From: Craspedostauros australis
Taxonomy: Eukaryota
Direction: 5' to 3'
DNA length: 44,711 nucleotides
NCBI GenBank assembly: GCA_030167865.1
Contig: JALAGF010004961.1
Coordinates: forward strand, 62,001-106,711
A program made the position numbers and the translations under genes. Below the pieces are notes generated by a model. The model saw nothing but the letters and a program-made list of their open reading frames with translations. It searched no databases and was not told the origin of the DNA. Shown in pieces: positions 9,052 through 18,798 of the stretch; within the stretch, counting starts at the first letter, position 1, and every line of letters starts with the position of its first letter.

Positions 9052-11910
9052 ATGCCGTACGTCCGTCCACAAGCCAGAACGGCGGCCAGCATCATCGCGC
9101 TCTACGAGAAGAATCATCCTGCGAAGGTGCAGCAACCGCGTGAAGGCCAGGGGACGAAAGGGAGAATGGGTTTGGGAAAGAGATCCGCATCTCTGGGAGG
9201 GGCTGGGATAAGGTTTGGGAAAGGCGCAGGGGGCAGTGTTGGGGTTGGGGTTGGGGTTGGGACAGCCACGAAAGCAACTGCATCAGCATCTACATCTACA
9301 TCAACTGCGCTATCTACAACTACATCAACTGCGTCAGCTACACCATCTACAACGGCAACTGAAGCAACGAAAGCAACAGCTGAAGCATCCACGAAGAACA
9401 CGAAGACGGCGGTTAGCGCGGCAACGGGAAAGGCCATGACAGCCGGGATGCAGGTCAGAAGGGTGGGAGCGAGGCAGAGGAAGCGGGAGCTGGAGAGTCG
9501 CCTTCTGCAGAAGAAAGCTCCTGCGCCCATCGATACCTCCATTCAGGGCAGAGGCAGCAGCGTCGCCAGCATCACGAGTCACCAGTCCTCCGTCGGGAGC
9601 CATCGCACGCTCAGTACCGTTTCTCACAGGCAGGTGACGCCTCAGCCAGTGCAGCTGCAGCAGCAAGAGCATCAACAGCAGCAACAGCAGCAGCAACAAG
9701 AGCATCAGCAGCAACCCTCCAAGCCCCTTCAAGCGCAGGCACAAACACAACCACAGACAGGGAAGACTCCATCCGCAGTCTCCGCTCCGATATCCGCTGT
9801 AGTCTCACTCATGGATCGATCAGAGTCCCCATCCTGCTCCACAACCATGATGGACGACGATGAGATGGACTCGTCCAGCCTGTCGCTGGCTCCGACAGAT
9901 CATCATCACCACCCCTTTCCGCAGCAGCTCCTGCCAACCCATGACAGCGATGGCGACGACGATGATGACGACGATGAAGGTGTGCTGCGAGCGACGGATG
10001 TCTTCTTCCTCATCGAGAGCCAAGCCTGGGATGATGTCATCAACTTCGTTCGCTCCTTCCCGGAATCGGCTCACGTCGTCAACAACCCGAAGAAGATCGC
10101 GGACCATGCCAATCATGACAACAGCTCCATCGCCGATGCTTCTCTGACCCAGTCCGCCATCAGCAGCAGCCAGCCCTCCATCAAGCAATCCAAGAGCGGC
10201 GGTTTCGAGATTGAGACCGGCGACGTCAATGATACCAATGATACCAACGATACTGATCCAACTGATCCAACCGCCTCCTACAACTACGCATTGCACGAGG
10301 TCTGCAAGTACGAGCCACCGCTCGATGTCGTCGATGTCTTGCTCTTTCACAACCAAGCGGCTGTCGAGAAGGCGGGAGCCGATGGCTACCTGCCCTTGCA
10401 CGTCGCGTGCGCCCATCAATCATCGGCCGACGTCGTGTCAAGGCTGCTGGAAGTGCATTGCATGGCCACGAGGATACGCAGCAACACGCAGCAGGCCTAC
10501 CCGCTCCACCTGGCCGCCAAGCATGCCGCCTGCGAGGAGGTCATCATCGATCTGCTCACGCATCATCCCGACGCGTGGGACATTGCCGATCGCACTGGAC
10601 TGACGCCCATGGACCACGCCATCAACCTGCCCTCCACAAATTCCAACCGCGACATCATCCTCTCCACCTTGGGCTTCGCGCCCGTCATCGTGGCCGCCTC
10701 CGAAGCAACGCAACGCCGGTTGGCCAAGCACCACAACGTGCGTCTCCGCGGTCTGCAGCAGGCGCATCACGAGTTCGTGCGCCAGCTCGAACACCACCAC
10801 AAGACGGAGCAGTCCAGCGGCATCCGCAACCAGCTGCAGATCCAGAACGACCTGGCCGATGAGAAGGACCGCAACATCATGCTGGCGGAGGCCTTGCTCA
10901 AGCAGACGGAGAGTCAGCAGCACTGGGAGGCCCACAAGCAGGCCATGGAACGCACCATCGAACAGCAGGACCTCAAGCACGCGCAGCAGATGGCGACGCA
11001 GGAGAAGGAGTACCAGTCCATCATCGACGACGCCGTAGGCCGCGTCGAGGACCTCCAGGAGCAGCTGCACGACTTTCAGCACACCAAGATGCAGCTCAAG
11101 GACCTGCAGACGCGTTACGAGGAGATCGAGCAGGAGCTGCTAGAGGATCGCAACGACGAAGGCAAGAAGCAAAAGATGATCGACCGCCTGCAGGAGCTCC
11201 TCGCCGCGAAGGAGACTCAGATCCAGGGCCTGCGCGAGCAGCTCGAGAACAACGAGACGGCGCAGCTCGCCGTGTCGCGGTTGGAGATGAAGAAGATGCG
11301 GGAACATTCCGATCATCTGCAGCACCAGCTCCTTGAGGCCAATCGCAAGATCGCCGTGTCGGATCATCGTCTCACCAGCATCAAGAATCAGGTGGCCGCG
11401 TTGACCTACAATCTGCAGAGCTGGGCGATGGATGATGAGTGGGAGCAGCAGAAGGGCGCGTCGCCCAAGGCCGTTGTCGAAGGTATCGAGACGGTATACG
11501 AACAGCAGCAACCACAGCAGTCACACTCGCAGTCAGAGCAGTCACAGTCAGAGCATTCAAAGTCACACTCACAGTCTCAACCACAGCAACAGTCACAGCT
11601 GCTGGTGAAGGTCAATCCGTCTCAGCAACAACAAGACAGACAAACCCCACCTCCTTCTCTGCAACAGCATCATCGTCAACAACAGCAACAACTGATGCTC
11701 ATGCAACAGCATCTGCATCACCCGCAACAGCAGGCGAAACAGGGCGCACCCAGCGACCGCACGTTGGCAACGGCCCTCTCCACAGAACGAGACGAGAGCA
11801 TTCACCGCGTCGATGACGACGAATTGACATTCGCCTCGAGGCAAGGTCATTCGCTCATCTTGCACGCCAAGGACCGGGAACCTGTCCAGAGCTGCGGATT
11901 CTCCGTGTGA
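9052..11910 (+). CDS. Ankyrin-repeat and coiled-coil protein with poly-Q and low-complexity regions, 952 aa
   Basis: Ankyrin-like repeats YALHEVCKYEPPLDVV, GYLPLHVACAH, AYPLHLAAKH and GLTPMDHA. A long coiled coil follows (LQEQLHDFQ...LTYNLQ). Poly-Q tracts occur at both ends. Confidence 0.85.
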   Translation: MPYVRPQARTAASIIALYEKNHPAKVQQPREGQGTKGRMGLGKRSASLGGAGIRFGKGAGGSVGVGVGVGTATKATASASTSTSTALSTTTSTASATPSTTATEATKATAEASTKNTKTAVSAATGKAMTAGMQVRRVGARQRKRELESRLLQKKAPAPIDTSIQGRGSSVASITSHQSSVGSHRTLSTVSHRQVTPQPVQLQQQEHQQQQQQQQQEHQQQPSKPLQAQAQTQPQTGKTPSAVSAPISAVVSLMDRSESPSCSTTMMDDDEMDSSSLSLAPTDHHHHPFPQQLLPTHDSDGDDDDDDDEGVLRATDVFFLIESQAWDDVINFVRSFPESAHVVNNPKKIADHANHDNSSIADASLTQSAISSSQPSIKQSKSGGFEIETGDVNDTNDTNDTDPTDPTASYNYALHEVCKYEPPLDVVDVLLFHNQAAVEKAGADGYLPLHVACAHQSSADVVSRLLEVHCMATRIRSNTQQAYPLHLAAKHAACEEVIIDLLTHHPDAWDIADRTGLTPMDHAINLPSTNSNRDIILSTLGFAPVIVAASEATQRRLAKHHNVRLRGLQQAHHEFVRQLEHHHKTEQSSGIRNQLQIQNDLADEKDRNIMLAEALLKQTESQQHWEAHKQAMERTIEQQDLKHAQQMATQEKEYQSIIDDAVGRVEDLQEQLHDFQHTKMQLKDLQTRYEEIEQELLEDRNDEGKKQKMIDRLQELLAAKETQIQGLREQLENNETAQLAVSRLEMKKMREHSDHLQHQLLEANRKIAVSDHRLTSIKNQVAALTYNLQSWAMDDEWEQQKGASPKAVVEGIETVYEQQQPQQSHSQSEQSQSEHSKSHSQSQPQQQSQLLVKVNPSQQQQDRQTPPPSLQQHHRQQQQQLMLMQQHLHHPQQQAKQGAPSDRTLATALSTERDESIHRVDDDELTFASRQGHSLILHAKDREPVQSCGFSV

Positions 11911-12400
11911 TGTGCATAATCGGATGTGGATTGTGTATCTAGGCATTACATGTACTCTATGTATGATATTATATAAGACGATTCGTGTAGTAATTGATGG
12001 CATAGTATAGGATAAACAGTTGTGTCAGTCCAAGAGTCCAACAAAACATTGCCTGCGTCTTGATGGATGCATCTCTCGCTCCTTGTCTCTGGTTGTGGAT
12101 AGATCTGTCCTTGCTCAGAACCGTAGCCTCTCGACACTTTGATTCACGGGATGACAAGACTGAAATACCAAGAATGACTTTCTTGTTGCGAATCGGCCAC
12201 AATGGAGGTCACAACGACAGCGACCGCAACGCCACGAGGGCGAACATTCCCCACAACCTCTGCCGCACACTGATCGTTGACAACAGGAGCAAGAATAGAA
12301 CCAAGCAGCCATTGCATTCGAAGACTCCGATCAGCGACAACATCAACAGCGACAACAATACAGTAGACAACAGGAACAACCAGCAACAGCAGCCGATACC

Positions 12401-14280
12401 ATGACATCCCGCGTCTTCGACGGTTCCAGCTGGACGCCGGTGCAGGCCGACAACCCTTCCGTCGTGCTGCCCATCCTGCACGGTCAGGAATCCATCTTTG
12501 TCTCTGTCGTGAGCTACCGCGATGGCAAGCGGTGCGGTGAGACCCTCAGGGATCTCTTTGACAAGGCCAAGGATCCCGATCGCGTCGTCGTGGGGTTGGT
12601 GGAGCAGAACAAGGAAGACGATACCTTCTGTGTGGAGGCGTATTGTCAGTTGTATGGTACGTCTTGGTTGTTGTTAGTGTTGTTGTTGTTGTTGGCGTTG
12701 TTGTTATGGTTGATGGTGTTGATGAAGACACGAAGAGAGAACCCTGTTTCATGCACTACCATCGCTTGGTTTGACAATCTCGCGCGCGGATCTCCCTTTG
12801 TGCGGCGCCTTGATGATGCGATGATCGCCATCATTCTCACACCTGCTGCCTACGCATAACCACAACTGCACAAACGCATAACTGCACAAACGCATAACAC
12901 TATGACCACAGGCAAGTCCACCTACCGCAGGGAGACCGTGCGCAAAGACACCTTCAAGGTCATCGTGGAAAATCAGCACGAATGCCCTCGCATCCATCAG
13001 ATCCGCAAAATGGCGGTGCACAGCTTGAGTGCCAAGGGTCCCAGCTACGCCCGCAGCCTGGGACGCAAGATGATCGGCAACGAAGAATTCTGCTTGCAAT
13101 TGGATGCGCACTCCACATTCATCGATGGGTGGGACAATGCCCTCAAGCAACAGTGGAGCATGACGCGCAATGAATTTGGCATCATCAGCACGGCGCCCGC
13201 GTCCGAGTCGGGCAAGCCCGTGCCAAGGCAGTGCAACGTGGGCTTCTTGGACACTCTTGTCCCGACCTTTGCGTCGCCGGCCGATGGCAAGGTGGAGAAT
13301 CTCAAGGCGCCGTTGCTGGGTCATGCCTGGTCGGCAGGATTCAGCTTTGCCAAGTGCCATCTAGAGGAAGCGGCGCCCTACGATCCCTTCATGCCCTACG
13401 TCATGGGCGTGGAACAGTTTGTGCGCTTCGCGAGGTTTTGGACGAGAGGGTGAGTATTGCTTCTGCCTTCGTCTCCCCACCTACCTTCTATACTCATTCG
13501 CCCTCGCCAATGGTGCAACCCAACCGCTAACCCTGCTGTCTCATCTTATCTCTACTTTACATTCACATTCACACTGGCATTTCGTCAACGCGCATGCACA
13601 GATACGATGTGTACACCCCGACCGAGAATGTCGTCTTCCATGACTACTCTCCGCAACCAGACGGTCACAGCACGGATGAATGGATGATGAACGCGGATGG
13701 CATGATGCGACGAAGGGCATTGGATCGCGCACGGTCCATCCTCCAGCTTCCCAACCCCGACGATCACGAGCCGTTGGATTTGAACAATCTGGGAATATAC
13801 GGCCTCGGCAAGCGACGTAGCCTGGATCAGCTCGCGCAGTTTGTCGGAATCAATCTCAACAACCAGAAACTCGCCGACAACTTTCAATGTGCCAACCATG
13901 CCTTCGTCACGTACGATGCCAACATTTCACCGCTGGAGCATCTCTATTCGGAACCGCGGGATTTGGAACCGCAACCAGACTTCCCGCTGCGATCCAAGCT
14001 CACGTTCCATCCGCGCGGCGAGATGGAAGACGACGATGATGTGCAATCGGGTTTGGCCAGCCGCCTCGATGCCATCGCAAAACAGCAAGCATCCCATGAC
14101 AATGCGGGTCCCTTCCCACCCACCGGCACTCTGTTCTTCCTGTGGATAGCGGGATTGATTTTTTGGTACATCGTGTTCGTCCATCTTCCCAACAAGCGAT
14201 TTCTGGCATCGAAGGGGAAAGGATTGCCAGTCACGACGAGGCGGAAGAAGGAACCGCTCATGAGCAAGCGTAAAGATTAG
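12401..14280 (+). CDS. GT60-family / Skp1-hydroxyproline GlcNAc-transferase-like glycosyltransferase with a C-terminal TM helix; 3 exons (12401-12656, 12912-13449, 13602-14280), ~490 aa
   Basis: Motifs SIFVSVVSYRD, AKGPSYAR, QLDAH (DxH), WSAGFSF, PYDP and spliced FWTRG|YDVYTP. Two GT-AG introns restore the frame in phases 1 and 2, and the exon total of 1473 nt is divisible by 3. Hydrophobic LFFLWIAGLIFWYIVFVHL precedes a basic tail. The 5' end is uncertain. Confidence 0.85.
12657..12911 (+). other. Intron 1 of the GT60-like gene (255 nt, phase 1)
   Basis: Donor G|GTACGT at 12657 and acceptor CACAG at 12911. Splicing joins YCQLY-G-KSTYRR in frame. Confidence 0.8.
13450..13601 (+). other. Intron 2 of the GT60-like gene (152 nt, phase 2)
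   Basis: Donor GG|GTGAGT, internal GCTAAC branch-like site and acceptor GCACAG. Splicing restores the conserved WTRGYDVYTP. Confidence 0.88.
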
Positions 14281-14967
14281 ATTGGTGCATACTGGCATTC
14301 GCGGTAGAGTATGGTCTTATTTGCTCTTATATGATTTTGTTTATTTTGGCGTGAAGTGGATGGGATTGGAGTGTTGGTGCTGGTGTCCTCTTTGGTGTCT
14401 TACTGGAGTGAAACGCACACTATTGATGGCATGGTGTTGTGGCGGAATTGATTTCCGATCGTTTGCGTCTCAGCACAACGGCGATGACAAAGCGTCGTAT
14501 TGTGCGGGTATTGCTTGATAACTGACAATTGAATAGCTCTGCGTTGTGGGTACGAGTTTGTATGCAGGTGTGATATTAAATTGATGATCATGGTCTGTTA
14601 ATACACGTGTTCGAAGAAGCATGGTGACGAAGATGACATGTTGTCGGTGTATTTTTGGATTGACGTCGCTGGATTCGTCACTGGCCTCTTCCCACTGGAT
14701 CCGCTGTGTACCCGCACGTGTGGTGGGCTCGTTAATCCGTGGAACGATATCTGGTATTGCAAGCAAGAGTAGAATATAATTTGGGATCTATTTGGCTGGA
14801 AGAAATGGAGCATGAGATGTCTCTTGATCGCAGTCACTCTTCTCGAAGATCAACAACAGCACGGCGAGTTGTTGAGTGTTTGGAATAACATGGATGAATG
14901 GACGCATGCATCGGCGCATGGATGGATGTACGTGCGATGCCGCCAACTCGCTAAAGCGTACTCTGCT

Positions 14968-16611
14968 CTAAGCGCTTTTGACCTCATCGTAGGCCCACTG
15001 GAGCCATGGGCAGAGTGCCTCGAGATCGGCCTTCTCGACTGTGGATCCGCACCAGATGCGAATGGATGGCGGGGCGTCACGGTAACCTCCGATATCGTAG
15101 GCAACATCCTCGGTCTCCAGCAGGGCGACGAACTTCTTGATCTGATCGGCATCCAAATCCAGCGTCAGGCAAACGGAGGTGGAGGAACGTGTGGCTGGGT
15201 CCTTGGCGAGGAAGTCGATCCATTCGTTCTGCGCGACAAAGTTTTCGAGGACGCCGAGGTTGTCCTCGCTCATCTTGATGAGAGCGTCGACGCCACCAGA
15301 AGCGTCAGCCCACTCCAGGGCGTCGATGTAGTCCTCGACAGCGAGCATGGATGGTGTGTTGATGGTGGAACCTTTGAAGATTCCGGCATCGACCTTTCCC
15401 TTCTTGACCATGCGGAAGATCTTTGGCAGAGGACGGTTCTCCGGTGTGTAGGACTCCAATCGTTCGACGGCGCGTGGGCTGAGGATGAGGATACCGTGGG
15501 CACCCTCTCCTCCGAGAACCTTCTGCCAGGAGTAGGTGGTGATGTCGAGCTTCTCCCATGGCATATTCATGGCGAAGCAAGCGGAGGTGGCATCGCAAAG
15601 GGTGAGCCCGGTTCTGTCATCGGAGATGAAGTCGCAGCCATCCTCGACGCGGACACCGGAGGTGGTTCCGTTGAAGGTGAAGCAGATGTCGTGATCCGGA
15701 TTGGTCTTGGAGAGGTCTGGGAGACTGCCGTAGTCGGCGGTGAACTCGGTGACCTCGACGGTGTCCTTGAGCTTGAGGTGGGAGACGGCATCCGCGAACC
15801 ATCCCTTGCCGAAGGATTCCCAGTGGCAGATGTCGACGTTGCGCTGTCCGAGGACGTTCCACATGGCCATCTCGTAGGCTCCGGTGTCGGAGGCTGGCAC
15901 GATACCGACGTGGTAGTCATCTGGGACCTTCAGGATGCGCTTGGTCTCGCTGATGGCGAGTGCGAGACGCTCCTTTCCGATCTTGGATCTGTGGGAACGT
16001 CCCATCGTTCTTTGATCCAATGTGCTGACATTGTAGCCTGGGCGCTTCTTGCATGGACCTGAGGAGAATTCTGGGTTTGCTGGCTGCATTCAATAGACGA
16101 CAAGAGCGTGTGCGTGTCATTTTCATTGCGATAATTCAGTTGAGTTGGGTTGTTCAACACATACTCGTAGCATTGGTGTAAATTGAAATCAGATGTTTGA
16201 TGATGGTGGTTTGTGTGAGAGTGCGTGTCTCAGCTGGAGCATTGCGATGAAAGCAAAGGTGCATTCAGTATCATGCACTACGTTCGTGATGTATTCGTCC
16301 GGAGAGTGAGATCACGGACATCAAACAGGCGGGCTCTTAGCAGCGCTTGGCCATCAAGCGAAGAGATGATGCGACCATGGCAACCGTTCATCCCAACGTG
16401 ACAAGAACCACCATTGATGAAGAAAATGGACCTCGTCTTGGCGCTCCACCTGATCGCACAATCAACGACGGGAAAAGCTGAGAAGCGGTGAAACACGGAC
16501 CTTGGCGGCTGGAGCAGCGCTCATCATGCGCAGAGCAGCGAAGGTTGGCTGTCTTGGGAGCTGTCTGGCCTTGGCAAAGGCGAACATTCTTGCGGCTGGA
16601 AGGACTCTCAT
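14968..16611 (-). CDS. serC: Phosphoserine aminotransferase (alphaproteobacterial/Methanosarcina-type SerC) with a predicted mitochondrial presequence; exons 16611-16501 and 16083-14968, ~408 aa
   Basis: Motifs [54 protein letters not shown] (PLP lysine), TINTPSML and [16 protein letters not shown]. Exon 1 encodes [37 protein letters not shown] (R/A-rich, no acidic residues) and ends at a GTCCGT donor. It splices in phase 0 to TGCAG|CCA. Confidence 0.92.
16084..16500 (-). other. Intron of the PSAT gene (417 nt, phase 0), containing a candidate alternative first exon at 16173-16165
   Basis: On the minus strand: AAG|GTCCGT at 16500 and AATGCAG|CCA at 16084. ATG CTA CGA|GTATGT lies inside the intron at 16173-16159. 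Confidence 0.8.
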
Positions 16612-18345
16612 CGTGTTAGGTACTGTTTACGTCTTTGGGATGGCTGCGATGTCTGTTTTGTGAGCGAAGCGGATGCAGAGAAGGTCGACGATGATGGTGA
16701 CGAGATCAACAATGAGATTGACCAGAGACGGAGATGAAGATGAGGATTTTGATGTGTCCCTGGTGGTGGCGATGATGGATTGGATCCAATCGCTCTCGTG
16801 CCGAGTTGTTTGTGGCGATCGGATCCCGTCTTGTTGTTGTTGTGGTCGTGAGGTTGTTTGTTGGGTTCGCATCCATCCACAGCGTCTGTATGTCGTACGT
16901 TCCAAACTTGCGTTGCTCTTGATTCGTCCAAATGGCGATTCTCCGCCACCCATCGGCGGTCTCGGTTACGTGGCTCCCCTTTTCCTCGTTAAGTAACTCC
17001 ATGTCGCGTTCTGTCTGCACGCGCAAGCTGACGACGGCACGTTCACACGTTCTCGTTGCGTGCAGTTGTTCGTGTTTGTGCCCGTCGTTGTGTTTGTGTG
17101 CGTGAGAAGATTCGTAACATTCCCAAACGCAACCATCACATGTCTGTTGGGACATCCCCTTTTGCATTTTCCCTTCTGTTCGCACATGACTTCCCGACCT
17201 TTTCTGTCGACGACAATAGCAGCAGCAGCAGCAACTGTCGCAGGGGTTGGATGCAATGCAATTTCACAAGAGAACAGCAGCAGATGGATGATGCTGTGCA
17301 CTTTCCTTTCTTCACATTACAAGGCATGGCATGGCAGGGCATGGCAGGGCAAGGCCAAGAATAAGCAACAACATGGGCACGGCATGACCATGGAGATGCG
17401 TTGCATCGAATCATTGCAAAAGCAACCAATGCTCCCATGTCGCTGTGAACTGCGGCGCCACTGCAATGACGATAGTCACCATGCTTCGACAACATGGCGG
17501 CAACGGAAAAGGATGAAGCGAAGGAGATGAACGTCGAGGCGATGTTGTACAGTTGATGATTGGAATCCTTCATGGCTGCATTCAACAATGGATGTGGCAT
17601 TTGAACGCCAGTGCGATGGCAATTCACCTGCTGTCGTCTCATTTCCCGAGATCATGGCGCCAAGTTGCCCGCTCCCCACAAGCACGCCCATGCAAGGCGC
17701 GCGCATCATCGGTCATGATACTCCGTCGCGAATGGAATTCAGCAGTTGCAACACAGTCCACAGCAACAATTCATTCAATTTCCGAATGAAGCCACCGTAT
17801 CAGAAGAGTTCAGATCGCAAGGCAAGGCAAGCTTGGCAAAGCGCGGCAATGGCATCATGTCAACTCTGCACGGAAATGCGCCGCATTGCCATGTATTGCA
17901 ACAGCGATCTGTCCACGTTCCAGCGCCATGCGTGCAAAAGTCTGTGGTGCAGCTCGGTGTATCATTCTCCATGTTGGTGTCTGCATCATTGCCCTTCGAT
18001 GGTGGACTCTGGTAGTGGAAAACAGAACCGACGAGACAGAGCGGGTTCGCAGGCGAGGCTTCTACAACTGTCCGATTCCCAATGCGAACAGTGCGATATC
18101 TTCAACTATGACGGACAGCGAGTGTCGGACGAAACCAAAGATACGAGGTTGCTTCCAAACGTGAGGCACCAACAACAGAGAACAAACAACGATGACGATG
18201 ATGACAACGATGCCGCTGACCAAAGTGTATGATACCACCCGTGTATAAGAGCGACACATCGCACCGCTGCATCGACACCATCAACGCCATCACCACAACA
18301 GAACCAAAGACAAGTCCAAACTAACAACAGCCGAGTCGCAACAAG

Positions 18346-18798
18346 ATGGAGAAAGCGAAGAACGTGCGCGTTGGTGTTGGAGTTTTGGTGAAAGATCCGA
18401 AGCACCCCAGCAAGGTCTTTTGCGGTCTGCGGAAAGGCTCCCATGGTGCTGGCACGTTGGCCTTGCCTGGAGGGCATTTGGACATGTACGAATCCTGGGA
18501 GGAGTGCGCAAAGCGCGAAGTGATGGAGGAGATGAACGTGGAGCTGACGAACGTGCACTTCGGCCGCGTGACGAACGATCCCATGCCCAGCGAATCCAAG
18601 CACTACGTCACCATCTTCATGATGGCGGAATGCGTCAATGTGGATGCCGTGCCGCAGAACATGGAACCACACAAATGCGAAGGTTGGGAGAGCCACACCT
18701 GGGATGAGCTCAAAGCGCAGACCGACAAGCTCTTTGGTCCCCTGAAGAGGCTGGTGGATGATAGTCCACAAGTTGTGTTGGAGTTTCTCAACTCGTAG
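18346..18798 (+). CDS. Nudix hydrolase, NUDT15/MTH2-like (plant NUDT1-like) nucleotide diphosphatase, 150 aa
   Basis: VRVGVGVLV, RKGSHGAG, Nudix box GGHLDMYESWEECAKREVMEE, HYVTIFM, NMEPHKCEGW and LFGPL are characteristic of the NUDT15 group. Confidence 0.9.
   Translation: MEKAKNVRVGVGVLVKDPKHPSKVFCGLRKGSHGAGTLALPGGHLDMYESWEECAKREVMEEMNVELTNVHFGRVTNDPMPSESKHYVTIFMMAECVNVDAVPQNMEPHKCEGWESHTWDELKAQTDKLFGPLKRLVDDSPQVVLEFLNS

Noticed and set aside
9057-9062. GTACGT donor-like site just after the ankyrin gene ATG
   Set aside because: No convincing upstream coding exon or matching acceptor was found, and the unspliced frame is open and protein-like.
14812-16062. 416-aa plus-strand ORF overlapping PSAT
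   Set aside because: Antisense shadow of a strongly codon-biased gene, with no recognisable motifs. The same applies to the antisense ORFs over the 479, 6139, 9052, kinase, DUF760, SET, ERGIC and Cys-repeat genes.
16650-18300. TG/CA-rich intergenic stretch with GCATGGCAGG repeats as a possible decayed transposon
   Set aside because: No terminal repeats, target-site duplication or transposase/RT motifs are visible, and CpG depletion cannot be quantified by eye.
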